DNA of 64,000 bases, taken from an uncultured Aliarcobacter sp. (GTDB taxonomy: Bacteria > Campylobacterota > Campylobacteria > Campylobacterales > Arcobacteraceae). Where the stretch lies: positions 608,001-672,000 of the forward strand of contig CAXXLV010000001.1 of NCBI GenBank assembly GCA_963664305.2, read 5' to 3'. This document shows positions 10,554 to 21,877 of the stretch, in pieces. A program made the position numbers and the translations under genes. How positions within the stretch are numbered: position 1 is the stretch's first letter; each line of letters starts with the position of its first letter. The notes beneath the pieces are model-generated. The model saw only the letters and a list, made by a program, of their open reading frames with translations. It was not told where the DNA came from and ran no database searches.

Positions 10554-11627
10554 TTGTTAGTTCATATTTGTTGTGCAGTTGATAGTCACTATTTTTTAGA
10601 AAAAATACAAGAAGAATTTCCCGATGAAAAATTAGTTGGTTACTTTTATGACCCTAATATTCATCCATATAGTGAATATAGACTTAGATATTTAGATGTA
10701 GAATACTCGTGTAAAAAATTAGGAATTCCATTACTTGAAGGTCCTTATAACCTTGAAGAATGGCTAAAAAAAGTAAAAGGGATGGAACATCTTCCTGAAA
10801 AAGGAGATAGATGTACTGTTTGTTATGATGATAGACTTGATGTGTCAGTTCAAAAAGCAATAGAACTTGGTCATGATAAATTTACAACTTCACTTTTAAT
10901 TTCACCAAAAAAATCTCAAGAAAAATTAGAAAAAATTGGAGATAAATTAACACAAGAAACAGGTGTAAATTTTATATTTAGAGATTATAGAAGTGGGAAT
11001 GGTGGACAAATTCAAGGGGAGAGAGTAAAAGAAAACTCTTTATATAGACAAAATTATTGTGGATGTTTATTTGGATTAAGTGCTCAAAGAGAGATTCAAA
11101 AAAAGATTATGGATGAAATGTTTAATCCTATTTCAAATCAAATAATGCCTGAATCAATAGAAGAAAGACTTGAACTTTATCAAAGAAGAAATGATTTAGA
11201 AGATGCAGGAGAAAAGTATAAACTTATAAAACAAAGATTTTTGAACTACAGACTATTAGGTGGGAAAGTTAGTATTGCAAAAAAAATCGTTCCTTCATAT
11301 ATTATGTGTTATTCAACTATAAATAGAAATAATACAAATGGAAGAATAGAATACACTAAAGATAGCATAAATTATCTTAATCGTGATGAAGTAAAAATCA
11401 TTGATATAGATACATTTAACCTATTTGCAGGAACTTCATATAAAGATGTAAAAGAGTTAATGTACAGACCACTTGATTTTTATAAAGAGCTAGAAATCAG
11501 AAATCTTATTATAAAAAATCCTTATGATTTGAGTGCATTGATAGTTCTTGATGAAATTATTGATGAAAAGTATGAAATAGAAATAAATGCTACAACTTAT
11601 GAAGATATAAAAGAAGAGATAATATGA
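10554..11627 (+). CDS. queH: Epoxyqueuosine reductase QueH (DUF208) with C-terminal extension
   Basis: HICCAVDS, YDPNIHP, RCTVCY, YRQNYCGC. Confidence 0.9.
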   Translation: MLVHICCAVDSHYFLEKIQEEFPDEKLVGYFYDPNIHPYSEYRLRYLDVEYSCKKLGIPLLEGPYNLEEWLKKVKGMEHLPEKGDRCTVCYDDRLDVSVQKAIELGHDKFTTSLLISPKKSQEKLEKIGDKLTQETGVNFIFRDYRSGNGGQIQGERVKENSLYRQNYCGCLFGLSAQREIQKKIMDEMFNPISNQIMPESIEERLELYQRRNDLEDAGEKYKLIKQRFLNYRLLGGKVSIAKKIVPSYIMCYSTINRNNTNGRIEYTKDSINYLNRDEVKIIDIDTFNLFAGTSYKDVKELMYRPLDFYKELEIRNLIIKNPYDLSALIVLDEIIDEKYEIEINATTYEDIKEEII

Positions 11628-12667
11628 AACTATTAGTTTGTGCCATGGAAGCTTCATCAAATGTTCATTTAAAAGAATTAAAAAAATATCTAAATTCTGA
11701 TGTTGAACTTGTTGGAGTTTTTGATAAAGAGTTGGGAAATCCACTTTATGATTTAACTTCATTAGCTATCATGGGATTTGTTGATGCTTTAAAAAAACTA
11801 AGATTTTTTTTCAGACTTCGAGACGAACTAGTATCATTAGCAAAAGATTGTGACAAAGTTTTGCTAATGGATAGTTCAGGATTTAATCTACCCTTAGCAA
11901 AAAAATTAAGAGAAACTTATCCAAATAAAGAGATTATTTATTATATTTTACCTCAAGCTTGGGCTTGGAAAAAAGGAAGAGTAAAAAAATTAGAAGCTTA
12001 TTGTTCAAAACTTTGTTCAATTATCCCTTTTGAGAGTGAAATTTACAATGATAAAGAGAAAATTATTTATGTAGGTCATCCTTTACTTGATGAAATAAAA
12101 GAGTTTAAAACAGAGTTTCTAGAAACAAACAAAATTGCTTTTATGCCAGGAAGTAGAAAAACAGAAATTACAAATCTCATGCCTATTTTTAAAGAATTAG
12201 TAAAAAAAATCCCAAATAAAGAGTATATTTTAATCATTCCATCAAAATTTGATGATGCTTACATAAAAAAAATTTATGGAGATATTTCAAATTTTACAAT
12301 TTCAAGAAATACACATCAAACTTTAAAAGAATGTGAATATGCGTTTATTTGCTCAGGAACAGCAACACTAGAAGCTGCACTAATTGGAACGCCATTTACA
12401 CTTTCATATATTGCAAAAAATTTTGATTTTTTTATTGGAAAAATGTTTGTTAAATTAAATTTTGTTGGACTTGCAAATATTTTCTTTGAAAAAATGGGGA
12501 AAAAACAACTCCATAGTGAATTTTTACAAGATGAAGTTACAGTAGATAATCTTTTAAAAGACTATAAAAATCTAGATAAAAAATTATTTTTTGAAAATTC
12601 AAAATCTTTAAGAGAGTATCTAAAAAATGGAAGTTCACAAAATGTAGCTCGGATAATTCAAAACTAA
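11624..12667 (+). CDS. lpxB: Lipid-A-disaccharide synthase
   Basis: PQAWAWK, VGHPL, PGSR, SGTATLE. Confidence 0.95.
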   Translation: MKLLVCAMEASSNVHLKELKKYLNSDVELVGVFDKELGNPLYDLTSLAIMGFVDALKKLRFFFRLRDELVSLAKDCDKVLLMDSSGFNLPLAKKLRETYPNKEIIYYILPQAWAWKKGRVKKLEAYCSKLCSIIPFESEIYNDKEKIIYVGHPLLDEIKEFKTEFLETNKIAFMPGSRKTEITNLMPIFKELVKKIPNKEYILIIPSKFDDAYIKKIYGDISNFTISRNTHQTLKECEYAFICSGTATLEAALIGTPFTLSYIAKNFDFFIGKMFVKLNFVGLANIFFEKMGKKQLHSEFLQDEVTVDNLLKDYKNLDKKLFFENSKSLREYLKNGSSQNVARIIQN

Positions 12668-12718
12668 TTCTTTTTTAGATATAATAATTGCCACTTAATA
12701 AAAAAATCAGGATATTAT

Positions 12719-13162
12719 ATGTTAGACATTATGCAAATTCAAGAGATTCTTCCTCATAGATACCCATTATTACTTGTGGACAGAATAACAGATATGGAAT
12801 TAAAAAAATCTATTAAAGGTTTTAAAAACATCTCTATTTCAGAACCTGCGTTTCAAGGACATTTCCCAGGTCATCCAATTTATCCAGGTGTACTTATTTT
12901 AGAAGGTATGGCTCAATGTGGTGGTGTTTTAGCACTAAAAAGTTCTGATATGACAGATGAAGAAATGAAACAAAAAGTAATCTATTTTATGAGTATTGAT
13001 AAAGCAAAATTTAGAAATCCAGTAAGACCTGGCGATAGATTAGATTATGAACTAGAAGTTGTTAGAATGAAAAGTTCTTTAATGACTTTAAATGGAAAAG
13101 CTTATGTTGACGGGAAACTAACAGCTGAAGCAGAATTAAAAGCTATGATAGTTGATAAATAG
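12719..13162 (+). CDS. fabZ: 3-hydroxyacyl-ACP dehydratase
   Basis: [26 protein letters not shown]. Confidence 0.97.
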   Translation: MLDIMQIQEILPHRYPLLLVDRITDMELKKSIKGFKNISISEPAFQGHFPGHPIYPGVLILEGMAQCGGVLALKSSDMTDEEMKQKVIYFMSIDKAKFRNPVRPGDRLDYELEVVRMKSSLMTLNGKAYVDGKLTAEAELKAMIVDK

Positions 13163-13170
13163 GCAAATAA

Positions 13171-13953
13171 ATGAATAACATTCACAAAACAGCAATAATT
13201 GAAGATGGTGCAATTTTAGGTGATAACATAACTATTGGTGCATTTACAATTATTGGAAAAGATGTAAAAATTGGTGATGGAACAATTATTGATTCGCATA
13301 CTGTAATAGATGGAAAAACTACAATTGGTAAAAATAATCATATTTTTTCTCATGCATCAATAGGAACAATTCCTCAAGATTTAAAATTCAATGGTGAAGA
13401 TGTAGAATTAATCATTGGAGACAATAATAAAATCAGAGAATACACTTTATTCAACCCAGGAACAATTGGTGGTGGTTCAATTACAAAAATTGGTAGCAAT
13501 AACTTATTCATGGGTTATGTTCACGTGGCACACGATTGTATAATTGGAGATAATTGTATTTTTGCAAATGGAGCAACACTAGCAGGTCACGTTGAATGTG
13601 ATGATTTTGTTGTTGTTGGAGGATTAACTCCAATTCATCAGTTTTGTAAAATTGGAACACAAGTTATGATTGGTGGTGCATCAGCTGTTGCTCAAGATAT
13701 TCCTCCATTTTGTTTAGCAGAAGGTAATAAAGCAGTTCTTAGAGGTTTAAACTTAACAGGTCTAAGAAGAAGATTTGACAGTAGAGAAGATATTGATGCA
13801 ATTAAACACGCTTATAGAGAACTATTTGAATCAGGTAAACCTCTACAAGATGCGGCACGTGAATTGTTTGAAAATGATAATAATAAATATGTAAAAGAAT
13901 TAGCTAGTTTTGTATTAAATACAAAAAGAGGTATTCCTTTTAACAGAAAATAA
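13171..13953 (+). CDS. lpxA: UDP-GlcNAc O-acyltransferase
   Basis: Hexapeptide repeats, PQDLKF, HVAHDC, IHQF. Confidence 0.97.
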   Translation: MNNIHKTAIIEDGAILGDNITIGAFTIIGKDVKIGDGTIIDSHTVIDGKTTIGKNNHIFSHASIGTIPQDLKFNGEDVELIIGDNNKIREYTLFNPGTIGGGSITKIGSNNLFMGYVHVAHDCIIGDNCIFANGATLAGHVECDDFVVVGGLTPIHQFCKIGTQVMIGGASAVAQDIPPFCLAEGNKAVLRGLNLTGLRRRFDSREDIDAIKHAYRELFESGKPLQDAARELFENDNNKYVKELASFVLNTKRGIPFNRK

Positions 13954-13965
13954 AACGAGTAAAAA

Positions 13966-15183
13966 ATGAGTAAGATAATATGTGATTTTTGTGGAGCAAC
14001 AGATACAAGAGATAATCCAGTAATTGCTGGAGACAATGCTTGTATTTGTAAAGCTTGTGTAAATGCAGCTCATGAAATAATGAGTGGTAATCTTCCAGTA
14101 GAAGAAGACAAAAGCAAAAATGCTCCTGCTGCAAAAGAGATAAAAATCAAAACTCCAGCAGAATTAAAAAAGATTTTAGATGAATATGTAATTGGACAAG
14201 AAAGAGCTAAAAAAGTTCTATCAGTTGCAGTTTACAATCACTATAAAAGAATATTTAGACACAATGAAATTGATGATGATACAGAGTTAAATAAATCGAA
14301 TGTTTTATTAATTGGACCAACAGGTTCTGGAAAAACTCTTTTAGCACAAACTATTTCAAAATATTTAGATGTTCCTTTAGCAATTGCTGATGCTACAAGT
14401 TTAACAGAAGCTGGTTACGTTGGTGATGATGTTGAAAATGTTGTAACAAGACTTGTTCAAGCAGCAGATGGTGATATCAAAAAAGCAGAACGTGGAATTA
14501 TTTTTATCGATGAAGTTGATAAAGTTGCACGTATGAGTGAAAATAGAAGTATTACTAGAGATGTTTCAGGAGAAGGAGTTCAACAAGCTTTATTAAAAAT
14601 TGTTGAGGGAAGTGTTGTAAACGTTCCACCAAAAGGTGGAAGAAAACATCCTGGACAAGATGCACTTCAAGTTGATACTACAAATATTTTATTTATTTGT
14701 GGTGGAGCTTTTGATGGTTTAGAAGATATTATCAAGAAAAAACAAGGTGCAAATGTACTTGGATTTAATCAAGATAAAAAAACAAAAAATGAGCAAGATA
14801 AAATTATTTCAAAAGTTGAAACTGATGATTTAGTAAAATACGGTTTAATTCCAGAATTAATTGGAAGATTACATATGATTGCAACTTTAAATGAAATAAC
14901 AGAAGATGATATGGTTCATATTTTAACTGAACCAAAAAATGCTTTAATCAAACAATATATAAAACTTTTCCAAATGGATGGAGTAACTCTTAAATTTGAA
15001 AAAGATGCATTAAAAGAATTAGCAAAACTTGCAATTGAAAGAAAAACAGGTGCAAGAGGATTAAGATCAATTTTAGAAGATATTATGCTTGACATAATGT
15101 TTGATCTTCCAAAATATAAAAATAAAACGGTAACCATCACAAAAGAAGTTGTTCAAAAAACTGAAGAACCAAAAGTAGCATAA
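13966..15183 (+). CDS. clpX: ATP-dependent Clp protease ATP-binding subunit
   Basis: C4 zinc finger, [27 protein letters not shown] loop. Confidence 0.98.
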   Translation: MSKIICDFCGATDTRDNPVIAGDNACICKACVNAAHEIMSGNLPVEEDKSKNAPAAKEIKIKTPAELKKILDEYVIGQERAKKVLSVAVYNHYKRIFRHNEIDDDTELNKSNVLLIGPTGSGKTLLAQTISKYLDVPLAIADATSLTEAGYVGDDVENVVTRLVQAADGDIKKAERGIIFIDEVDKVARMSENRSITRDVSGEGVQQALLKIVEGSVVNVPPKGGRKHPGQDALQVDTTNILFICGGAFDGLEDIIKKKQGANVLGFNQDKKTKNEQDKIISKVETDDLVKYGLIPELIGRLHMIATLNEITEDDMVHILTEPKNALIKQYIKLFQMDGVTLKFEKDALKELAKLAIERKTGARGLRSILEDIMLDIMFDLPKYKNKTVTITKEVVQKTEEPKVA

Positions 15184-15196
15184 AAAGGATATAAAA

Positions 15197-16228
15197 GTGT
15201 TTTTAGATAAATTAATAGGTCTATTTTCAAATGATATGGCGATTGACTTAGGAACTGCTAATACAATCGTTTCTGTTAGAGGTAAAGGAATTATAATCAA
15301 TGAACCATCAGTAGTTGCAGTACAAAGTGACAGACAAGGTAAAGATAAAATTTTAGCTGTTGGTCAAGAAGCAAAACAGATGATAGGGAAAACTCCTTTA
15401 AATATTCAAGCTGTTCGTCCAATGCAAGATGGGGTTATAGCAGACTTTGAAATGACAGAAAGAATGATTAGATATTTTATTGAAAAAGCACATTCAAGAA
15501 AGTCATTTGTACGTCCTAGAATTATTATTTGTATCCCTTATGGAATAACTCAAGTTGAGAAAAAAGCTGTTGAAGAATCTGCAATGAGTGCAGGTGCAAG
15601 AGAAGTATTCTTAGTTGAAGAACCAATGGCAGCTGCAATTGGTGCTGGAATTCCAGTTTCTGATCCTTCTGGTTATGTTGTTGTTGATATTGGTGGTGGA
15701 ACAACTGAAATTGGTGTAACATCTCTTGGTGGTTTAGTTTTATGTAAATCGATTAAAGTTGCTGGAGATAAATTTGATAGATCTATTGTTGAATATGTTA
15801 GACAAAACTATAATCTATTTATTGGTGAAAGAACTGCTGAAAATATCAAAATTGAAATTGGTACAGCAATCAAACTTGATACTGAATTAAAAATGAAAGT
15901 GAAAGGAAGAGATAACTCTGGTTTACTTTCTACTATTGAATTAGGAAGTGAAGGTGTAAGAACTGCTCTTAAAGAACCATTAAAAGAGATAGTAAGTGCA
16001 ATTAAAAGTGTTCTTGAAAATATGCCTCCTGATTTAGCAAGTGATATTGTTGACAATGGTGTTATTATCACAGGTGGTGGAGCTTTAATTAGAGGATTAG
16101 ATACTTACCTTTCTGATATTATAAAACTTCCTGTAAAAATTGCTAATGAACCTTTATTATCAGTAGCATATGGAACAAGCCAAGTTCTTGATGAACCGGA
16201 ATTATTAAAACTTATTACAAATAACTAA
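15197..16228 (+). CDS. mreB: Rod shape-determining protein MreB
   Basis: IDLGTANT, EEPMAAAIGAG, DIGGGTTE, TGGGAL. Confidence 0.98.
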   Translation: MFLDKLIGLFSNDMAIDLGTANTIVSVRGKGIIINEPSVVAVQSDRQGKDKILAVGQEAKQMIGKTPLNIQAVRPMQDGVIADFEMTERMIRYFIEKAHSRKSFVRPRIIICIPYGITQVEKKAVEESAMSAGAREVFLVEEPMAAAIGAGIPVSDPSGYVVVDIGGGTTEIGVTSLGGLVLCKSIKVAGDKFDRSIVEYVRQNYNLFIGERTAENIKIEIGTAIKLDTELKMKVKGRDNSGLLSTIELGSEGVRTALKEPLKEIVSAIKSVLENMPPDLASDIVDNGVIITGGGALIRGLDTYLSDIIKLPVKIANEPLLSVAYGTSQVLDEPELLKLITNN

Positions 16229-17046
16229 TGCGTAAATTTCTCTTTATTTTTCTATTTGTAATTGCTAGTTTATCTTACCTTTTTGAGGTAGATGAACTAC
16301 TAGTTAAAAAATTTACTTTTTTTAATGACCTAAAAATTGCATATATAAATAAAGTGATAAATATCTCTACAAGTATTGAAAAACATTTTAATCAAGCATC
16401 TACAATTGACGATTTAAGAGCAGAAAACAATGAATTAAAAGAGTATAAAATTTTATACAATACAACTCAAAAACAACTTGATGCAATAAAAGAGTTTTTA
16501 GTTCATGTAGATGTAAATGAGATAAAACCAGAAATTGAACTTGTAAAAGTCCTTTCATATATAAACTTTAATGACTTTACAAAAGTTTGGTTAGATAAAG
16601 TTCCTCAAGATGATAAAATTCTAGGTTTAATAACTGAAAATAATGCGGCTGGAATCTTAGTAAATAAAAATGGTAGAAGCGTTGGTTTACTAAATGGAAA
16701 TAAAGATTGTTCATATGCTGTATTTATTGGTGAAGGGAAAAACCCTGGAATTATCACAGCAGGAAATAATCCTGATGAATTACTAATCAAATTTATTCCA
16801 ATTTGGTCTGAAATAAATAAAGGTGATGAAGTAATAACTTCTGGAATGGATAATATCTTTTTTGAAGGACTAAAAGTTGGGAAAATTGTAGAGATTACAA
16901 ATCTTCCTGATATGAAAATTGCAACTGTAAAACCATATATTAATGTACTAAAAAAGAAATATTTCTATTCATATAAAAACATAAATAACTCAAAGTTTGA
17001 AGAAAAAACTATCGAAGAAAAATCAGAGAAAGAAAAAACTAACTAA
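16228..17046 (+). CDS. mreC: Rod shape-determining protein MreC
   Basis: Follows mreB; TM plus coiled coil; GDEVITSGMDNIF. Confidence 0.92.
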   Translation: MRKFLFIFLFVIASLSYLFEVDELLVKKFTFFNDLKIAYINKVINISTSIEKHFNQASTIDDLRAENNELKEYKILYNTTQKQLDAIKEFLVHVDVNEIKPEIELVKVLSYINFNDFTKVWLDKVPQDDKILGLITENNAAGILVNKNGRSVGLLNGNKDCSYAVFIGEGKNPGIITAGNNPDELLIKFIPIWSEINKGDEVITSGMDNIFFEGLKVGKIVEITNLPDMKIATVKPYINVLKKKYFYSYKNINNSKFEEKTIEEKSEKEKTN

Positions 17047-17663
17047 TAATTAGCCATTATTCTATCTACATCTCCCCAAGATAATCCATCTTTTTTCTCA
17101 CTATTTGCTTTAAACATATTATAAATATATCTTGCAAACATATCAGTTTCAAGATTTACTTTTGTACCAACTTTATATCTTTTAAAAAGTGTATTTTCTA
17201 TCGTATGAGGAATAATAGTTAACCTAAAAAAATCTTTTAAAACTTCGTTAACTGTAAGTGAAACTCCGTCTATTGTAACACTTCCTTTTGGAATAATGTA
17301 TTTTAAATATTCACTAGGTAAACTAATAAAAAAGTCTGTTGAATTTCCATTTTGTTTTATTGATTTTACAGTTCCTAAGCAATCTACATGACCTTGAACA
17401 ATATGACCTTCAAATCTATCGCCCATCATCATAGCTGGCTCCATATGCACCTCATCTTTATAGTTTTCCATTGCTAAAATAGATTGAGATTCAGGAGACA
17501 ACTCAACAGTAAATGTATCACTTGTAACTTTCACAACTGTTAAACAAGCTCCATTTATTGCAATTGAATCTCCAATTTTTGGATGATATTTTGCTTTTAA
17601 AGTTAAAAAATTGTTTTTAAAACTAACAACTTTTGCCATTTCTCTTATAAGTCCTGTAAACAC
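17043..17663 (-). CDS. ribE: Riboflavin synthase (alpha chain)
   Basis: MFTGL N-terminus, GDSIAINGACLTV, GHIVQGHVD, DGVSLT. Confidence 0.96.
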   Translation of the reverse strand: MFTGLIREMAKVVSFKNNFLTLKAKYHPKIGDSIAINGACLTVVKVTSDTFTVELSPESQSILAMENYKDEVHMEPAMMMGDRFEGHIVQGHVDCLGTVKSIKQNGNSTDFFISLPSEYLKYIIPKGSVTIDGVSLTVNEVLKDFFRLTIIPHTIENTLFKRYKVGTKVNLETDMFARYIYNMFKANSEKKDGLSWGDVDRIMANY

Positions 17664-17685
17664 TTAAAAAACCTTTTGTTAAAAT

Positions 17686-17696
17686 TTAGGTATAAT
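17686..17696 (+). promoter_or_regulatory. Extended -10 element for mnmG (TTAGGTATAAT)
   Basis: Consensus TATAAT with upstream G; same motif precedes several other genes in the window. Confidence 0.5.
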
Positions 17697-17737
17697 ATCT
17701 AAAATTTGTTAAGAAGCTAATTTTAACTACTTTAAGT

Positions 17738-17781
17738 AAATTTCTTAGATAAGTGGAAGAAAACATTTATCTAAGAAATTT
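17738..17781. repeat. Inverted repeat (15-bp perfect arms, extendable to 18) in the mnmG leader
   Basis: AAATTTCTTAGATAA...TTATCTAAGAAATTT. Confidence 0.8.
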
Positions 17782-17825
17782 CCCAAATATAAAAATCACG
17801 AAAAAGATATATAAGGAACACTATT

Positions 17826-19700
17826 ATGGATTATGATGTAATTGTTGTTGGTGGAGGGCATGCCGGAATTGAAGCCTCACTAGCAAGTGCAAGAATGGGT
17901 AAAAAAACTCTACTAATTACTATGTTAGTAGAACAAATAGGAGCTGCAAGCTGTAACCCTGCAGTTGGAGGTTTAGCAAAAGGGCATTTAGTAAGAGAAC
18001 TTGATGCTATTGGTGGAGAAATGGGTCTTTGTACTGATTATGCAGGTATTCAATTTAGAATATTAAATGCTTCTAAAGGTGCAGCTGTTCAAGGTAGTCG
18101 TGCTCAAATAGATATGGATAAATATAGAACTTACATGAGAAAAGTTTGTCATAACACTCCAAATCTAGAAGTTTATCAAGATGAAGTAACAGCATTGTTA
18201 GTAAAAAATGAAAATGAAGTTTATGGGGTAAAAACTAAATTAACAGAACAATTTACAGCTAAAAAAGTTATTTTAACAACTGGTACATTTATGAGAGGTT
18301 TAGTTCATATTGGTGAAAACAAATATGACGCTGGACGTGCTTGGGAATTACCATCAACAACACTTTCAATTCAACTAAAAGAGTTAGGATTAAGAGTTGG
18401 AAGATTAAAAACAGGAACACCTGCAAGACTTGACGCAAATTCAATTGATTTTTCAGTAATGGACATGCATGGTGGAGATGTAAATCCAGCACCTTTTTCA
18501 TTTAGAACAGACAAATCAACGTTTTCACCGACTCAATATCCATGTTATATCACATATACAAGTGAAAAAACACATGAAATAATCAGATCAAATTTCTATA
18601 GAGCACCTTTATTTACTGGTCAAATTGAAGGATTGGGACCAAGATATTGTCCAAGTATTGAAGATAAAGTAAATAGATTTGCAGAACGAGATAGACATCA
18701 ACTATTTTTAGAACCGCAAACTTCAATGTGTACAGAATATTATATAAATGGTATGTCAACTTCACTTCCAATTGATGTTCAAAAACAGATGATTCACTCA
18801 GTTGCTGGTTTAGAAAATGCAAAAATCATCAGATATGGATATGCTATTGAATATGATTATGTTGATCCAACAGAATTACAACATACTTTAGAAACTAAAA
18901 AAGTAAAAAATCTTTACCATGCTGGGCAAATTAATGCAACAACAGGATATGAAGAAGCAGCAAGCCAAGGTCTAATGGCTGGTATTAATGCAGCTCTTGC
19001 TATTGATGAAAAAGAACCATTTATTCTTAGACGTGATGAAGCATATATTGGCGTTTTAATCGATGATTTAGTTACAAAAGGAACTAATGAACCATATAGA
19101 ATGTTTACAAGTCGTGCTGAATATAGACTTCTTTTAAGAGAAGAAAATGCTGATTTAAGATTAAGCCAATATGGACATGAGTTTGGATTAATCAATGATG
19201 AAACTATGGCAAAAGTTGAAAATAAAAGAAAAGTTTTAGCTGATGCAATTGAACTTATGGCAAATGAATGGATTACTTCTAAAAAAGAGACTTTAGAACT
19301 TCTTGAGTCAATTGGTGAAGAAAAAATCAATGATAAAGTTTTACTTGTAGATTTAATAGGAAGAAATAGTATTGATGCAGTAAAATTTGACAAGCTTGTA
19401 CCAAGTCTTGCTCAAATGGATGATTATTTAAAAGAACAAATAATTATTGAAGCAAAATATTATAGATATATTCAAAAACAACAAAAACAAATAGAAAAAA
19501 TGAAAAAAATGTTAAAAGCTTCAATTCCTAGCGAGTTTAGTTATAGAGGATTACCAGGTCTTTCAAATGAAGTAATTGAAAAGTTAGAAAAACATAGACC
19601 ACCAACACTTTTCAATGCAAGTTTAATTTCTGGAATTACACCAGCAGCTCTTGATATAATTCACTTAAACTTAAACATGTTTACAAAAAACCCTAAATAA
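17826..19700 (+). CDS. mnmG: tRNA uridine 5-carboxymethylaminomethyl modification enzyme MnmG/GidA
   Basis: [47 protein letters not shown]. Confidence 0.98.
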   Translation: MDYDVIVVGGGHAGIEASLASARMGKKTLLITMLVEQIGAASCNPAVGGLAKGHLVRELDAIGGEMGLCTDYAGIQFRILNASKGAAVQGSRAQIDMDKYRTYMRKVCHNTPNLEVYQDEVTALLVKNENEVYGVKTKLTEQFTAKKVILTTGTFMRGLVHIGENKYDAGRAWELPSTTLSIQLKELGLRVGRLKTGTPARLDANSIDFSVMDMHGGDVNPAPFSFRTDKSTFSPTQYPCYITYTSEKTHEIIRSNFYRAPLFTGQIEGLGPRYCPSIEDKVNRFAERDRHQLFLEPQTSMCTEYYINGMSTSLPIDVQKQMIHSVAGLENAKIIRYGYAIEYDYVDPTELQHTLETKKVKNLYHAGQINATTGYEEAASQGLMAGINAALAIDEKEPFILRRDEAYIGVLIDDLVTKGTNEPYRMFTSRAEYRLLLREENADLRLSQYGHEFGLINDETMAKVENKRKVLADAIELMANEWITSKKETLELLESIGEEKINDKVLLVDLIGRNSIDAVKFDKLVPSLAQMDDYLKEQIIIEAKYYRYIQKQQKQIEKMKKMLKASIPSEFSYRGLPGLSNEVIEKLEKHRPPTLFNASLISGITPAALDIIHLNLNMFTKNPK

Positions 19701-19723
19701 CACTTCAAAAGAAGTGTTATTTA
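19694..19723. terminator. Bidirectional intrinsic terminator
   Basis: TAAATAACACTTC-AAAA-GAAGTGTTATTTA between convergent genes. Confidence 0.7.
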
Positions 19724-19726
19724 TTT

Positions 19727-20746
19727 CTACTCAGCCAAATCTATATTTATACCTTGTTTTAAAAGTTCATCTTGTCTAACTTTTAAATAATCCAAATAAC
19801 TTTTTGGATATTTCTCATAAAATTTTCCACTTACATATCTAAGTATTTCTTTAAAATGGAATGGATAAAGAAGTGCATCAATAGTTGATATTAATTTTTT
19901 ATTATCATATAGTAAAACACCTGGTCTATAATCTAAATTGATTTTTTGTGCCCACTCTTTTGGTGTAGTTTTGTTTCCATCAACATCAATTATCTCTTTT
20001 GTACTATTCGCATCTAGTCTTACAACAGTGAATTTTTTGAATTCACCTATCACATCTTTATTCTTTAAAACTTTTTCATTAAAATAGTCACATTGAGTAC
20101 AACTTCCATCTTCAAAAATCACAGCAAGTGGTGAAGATATTTTTGATAAATCATTTATATTTTTAAACATTTTATTCTCTTTAAATGTATAAAGAGTTTG
20201 TTTTTCAATTTTATTTACATACTCTGTTAAAGTCATGTTTTTATAATGTTCACCTTGAACATATTCTAAAATATATTTAAAATCACTTGAACTTCTATAT
20301 CCATTTACTCTTACAACTATCTCTTTATTCTCATTGAAAAATAAAATAGTTGGACTGTATTGGATTTCTAATTTTGTTGCTAACTCTTTTTCTGTTAATG
20401 TAGTATCATCAATCCAAGTAACTTCTCTACTACCTTTTACATTTAATTCAATTACGTCAAAATATTTTTTTATAAATTCACTTGTTTTATTCTCTTTTAT
20501 AAAATTTTCTTTTAACATTTTTGCACAATAAGGGCAACCTTCTAAATCAAGAAATATCATATAGTGTCTATTTTTAGATTTTGCCTCTTCTATATCTTCA
20601 TTTATATCTAAAAAACTCTCTTTAAACCAACTTGGTATTTCATGCATTGTTCCACCTACAATTTTTCCTTCTTGTGCATTTATATTCATACTAAAAAATG
20701 CAGATAGAAAGAAAAATATGATAACTCTTTTAAATGATACTTTCAT
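19727..20746 (-). CDS. Exported tandem thioredoxin-fold protein (SoxW-like)
   Basis: Signal peptide; two Trx domains with CPYC and CTQC. Confidence 0.8.
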   Translation of the reverse strand: MKVSFKRVIIFFFLSAFFSMNINAQEGKIVGGTMHEIPSWFKESFLDINEDIEEAKSKNRHYMIFLDLEGCPYCAKMLKENFIKENKTSEFIKKYFDVIELNVKGSREVTWIDDTTLTEKELATKLEIQYSPTILFFNENKEIVVRVNGYRSSSDFKYILEYVQGEHYKNMTLTEYVNKIEKQTLYTFKENKMFKNINDLSKISSPLAVIFEDGSCTQCDYFNEKVLKNKDVIGEFKKFTVVRLDANSTKEIIDVDGNKTTPKEWAQKINLDYRPGVLLYDNKKLISTIDALLYPFHFKEILRYVSGKFYEKYPKSYLDYLKVRQDELLKQGINIDLAE

Positions 20747-20941
20747 AATTTTTCCTTATTAAATTTTTTGTAGATTTTATTAAATTAAACATTAATATCC
20801 CAAAAATATTTTCTAATCAAATAAATTTATCTTTATTTTTTCCTTATTAGATACAATTTTGTAATTTTAAGGCTTTTATTTATTTTATTTTTATAAAATA
20901 AAACTAATTTTAATAATTTATTTTTTTTAAAGGTTTATAAT

Positions 20942-21775
20942 ATGCAAGTTTATTTATATGCAAAAAGTGGTCATACAGTTGGTCTTGAAGCAACAAAAAG
21001 ATGTGCAGCAGTTGCAAATGCACTAAAAGAATTTAATCCTATTTTATGTACAAGTGATTTTAGAGCTGGAGCTTTTGCAAAAGAGAATTTAGAAGTAAAA
21101 AAATATGTAAATATTGATGTTTTAAGAAATCTTACAAATATTATGCAAAGAAATGATATTTTGATTTTTGACTCAAAAGAAGCAAATGACGATATGAAAT
21201 CTGAAATGAAACAGTTTTGTTCTTTACTTTATGAAATTGGAACAGATATAAATGAAGTTATTGTTGATACAACTTTATATACAAAAGTTACTAATCCTTC
21301 AATTGAAAAAACTCTTTTTTTTGGTGATGATGATTACAACAATTTACTATTAGATATGATAAAAGATTCAGACAATAAAATCTCTCTTTTAATGGGACAT
21401 TACTTCTTTTTGGGAAATGAAAAAATATTTAAAAATCATTTTTCTGAAGTTATAGATGAAGAAGAGTATGTTTCTACAATCCAAAATTCAAAATATCTTT
21501 TAACTGCATCTTTACAAACAGTTTTTGAATCTTTAGCTTGTGGAAATTATCCAGTTTTATTTAAAAGAATTGATAAAGAGTATAATGATAAACTTATATC
21601 AAAATATAATATTCCTGTGATTAACTATACAAATATAGATGATTTGATTAAGAACTTTGAAAATCTTATAAAAGATTATCCTCTTATCAATAATTTTGAG
21701 ATAACTTCACTTGATAATGTGATTTCAGAAATAAAACAAAAAATTGAATTATTTAATAAATTAACTCAACTATAA
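20942..21775 (+). CDS. Hypothetical protein, possibly a degenerate PseG/SpsG-like GT-B fold
   Basis: 277-aa ORF; weak resemblance at LYAKSGHTVGLEATKRC, ILIFDS, FFGDDD, TVFESLACG. Confidence 0.55.
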   Translation: MQVYLYAKSGHTVGLEATKRCAAVANALKEFNPILCTSDFRAGAFAKENLEVKKYVNIDVLRNLTNIMQRNDILIFDSKEANDDMKSEMKQFCSLLYEIGTDINEVIVDTTLYTKVTNPSIEKTLFFGDDDYNNLLLDMIKDSDNKISLLMGHYFFLGNEKIFKNHFSEVIDEEEYVSTIQNSKYLLTASLQTVFESLACGNYPVLFKRIDKEYNDKLISKYNIPVINYTNIDDLIKNFENLIKDYPLINNFEITSLDNVISEIKQKIELFNKLTQL

Positions 21776-21877
21776 TAAACCTCAAATATTTATATATAAT
21801 TAAATCTTATAATTATTTATGCAAATCATAAGGTTGATTTATATAAAATTTTAAAAAAGAATCACAAAGGTTTTAAA

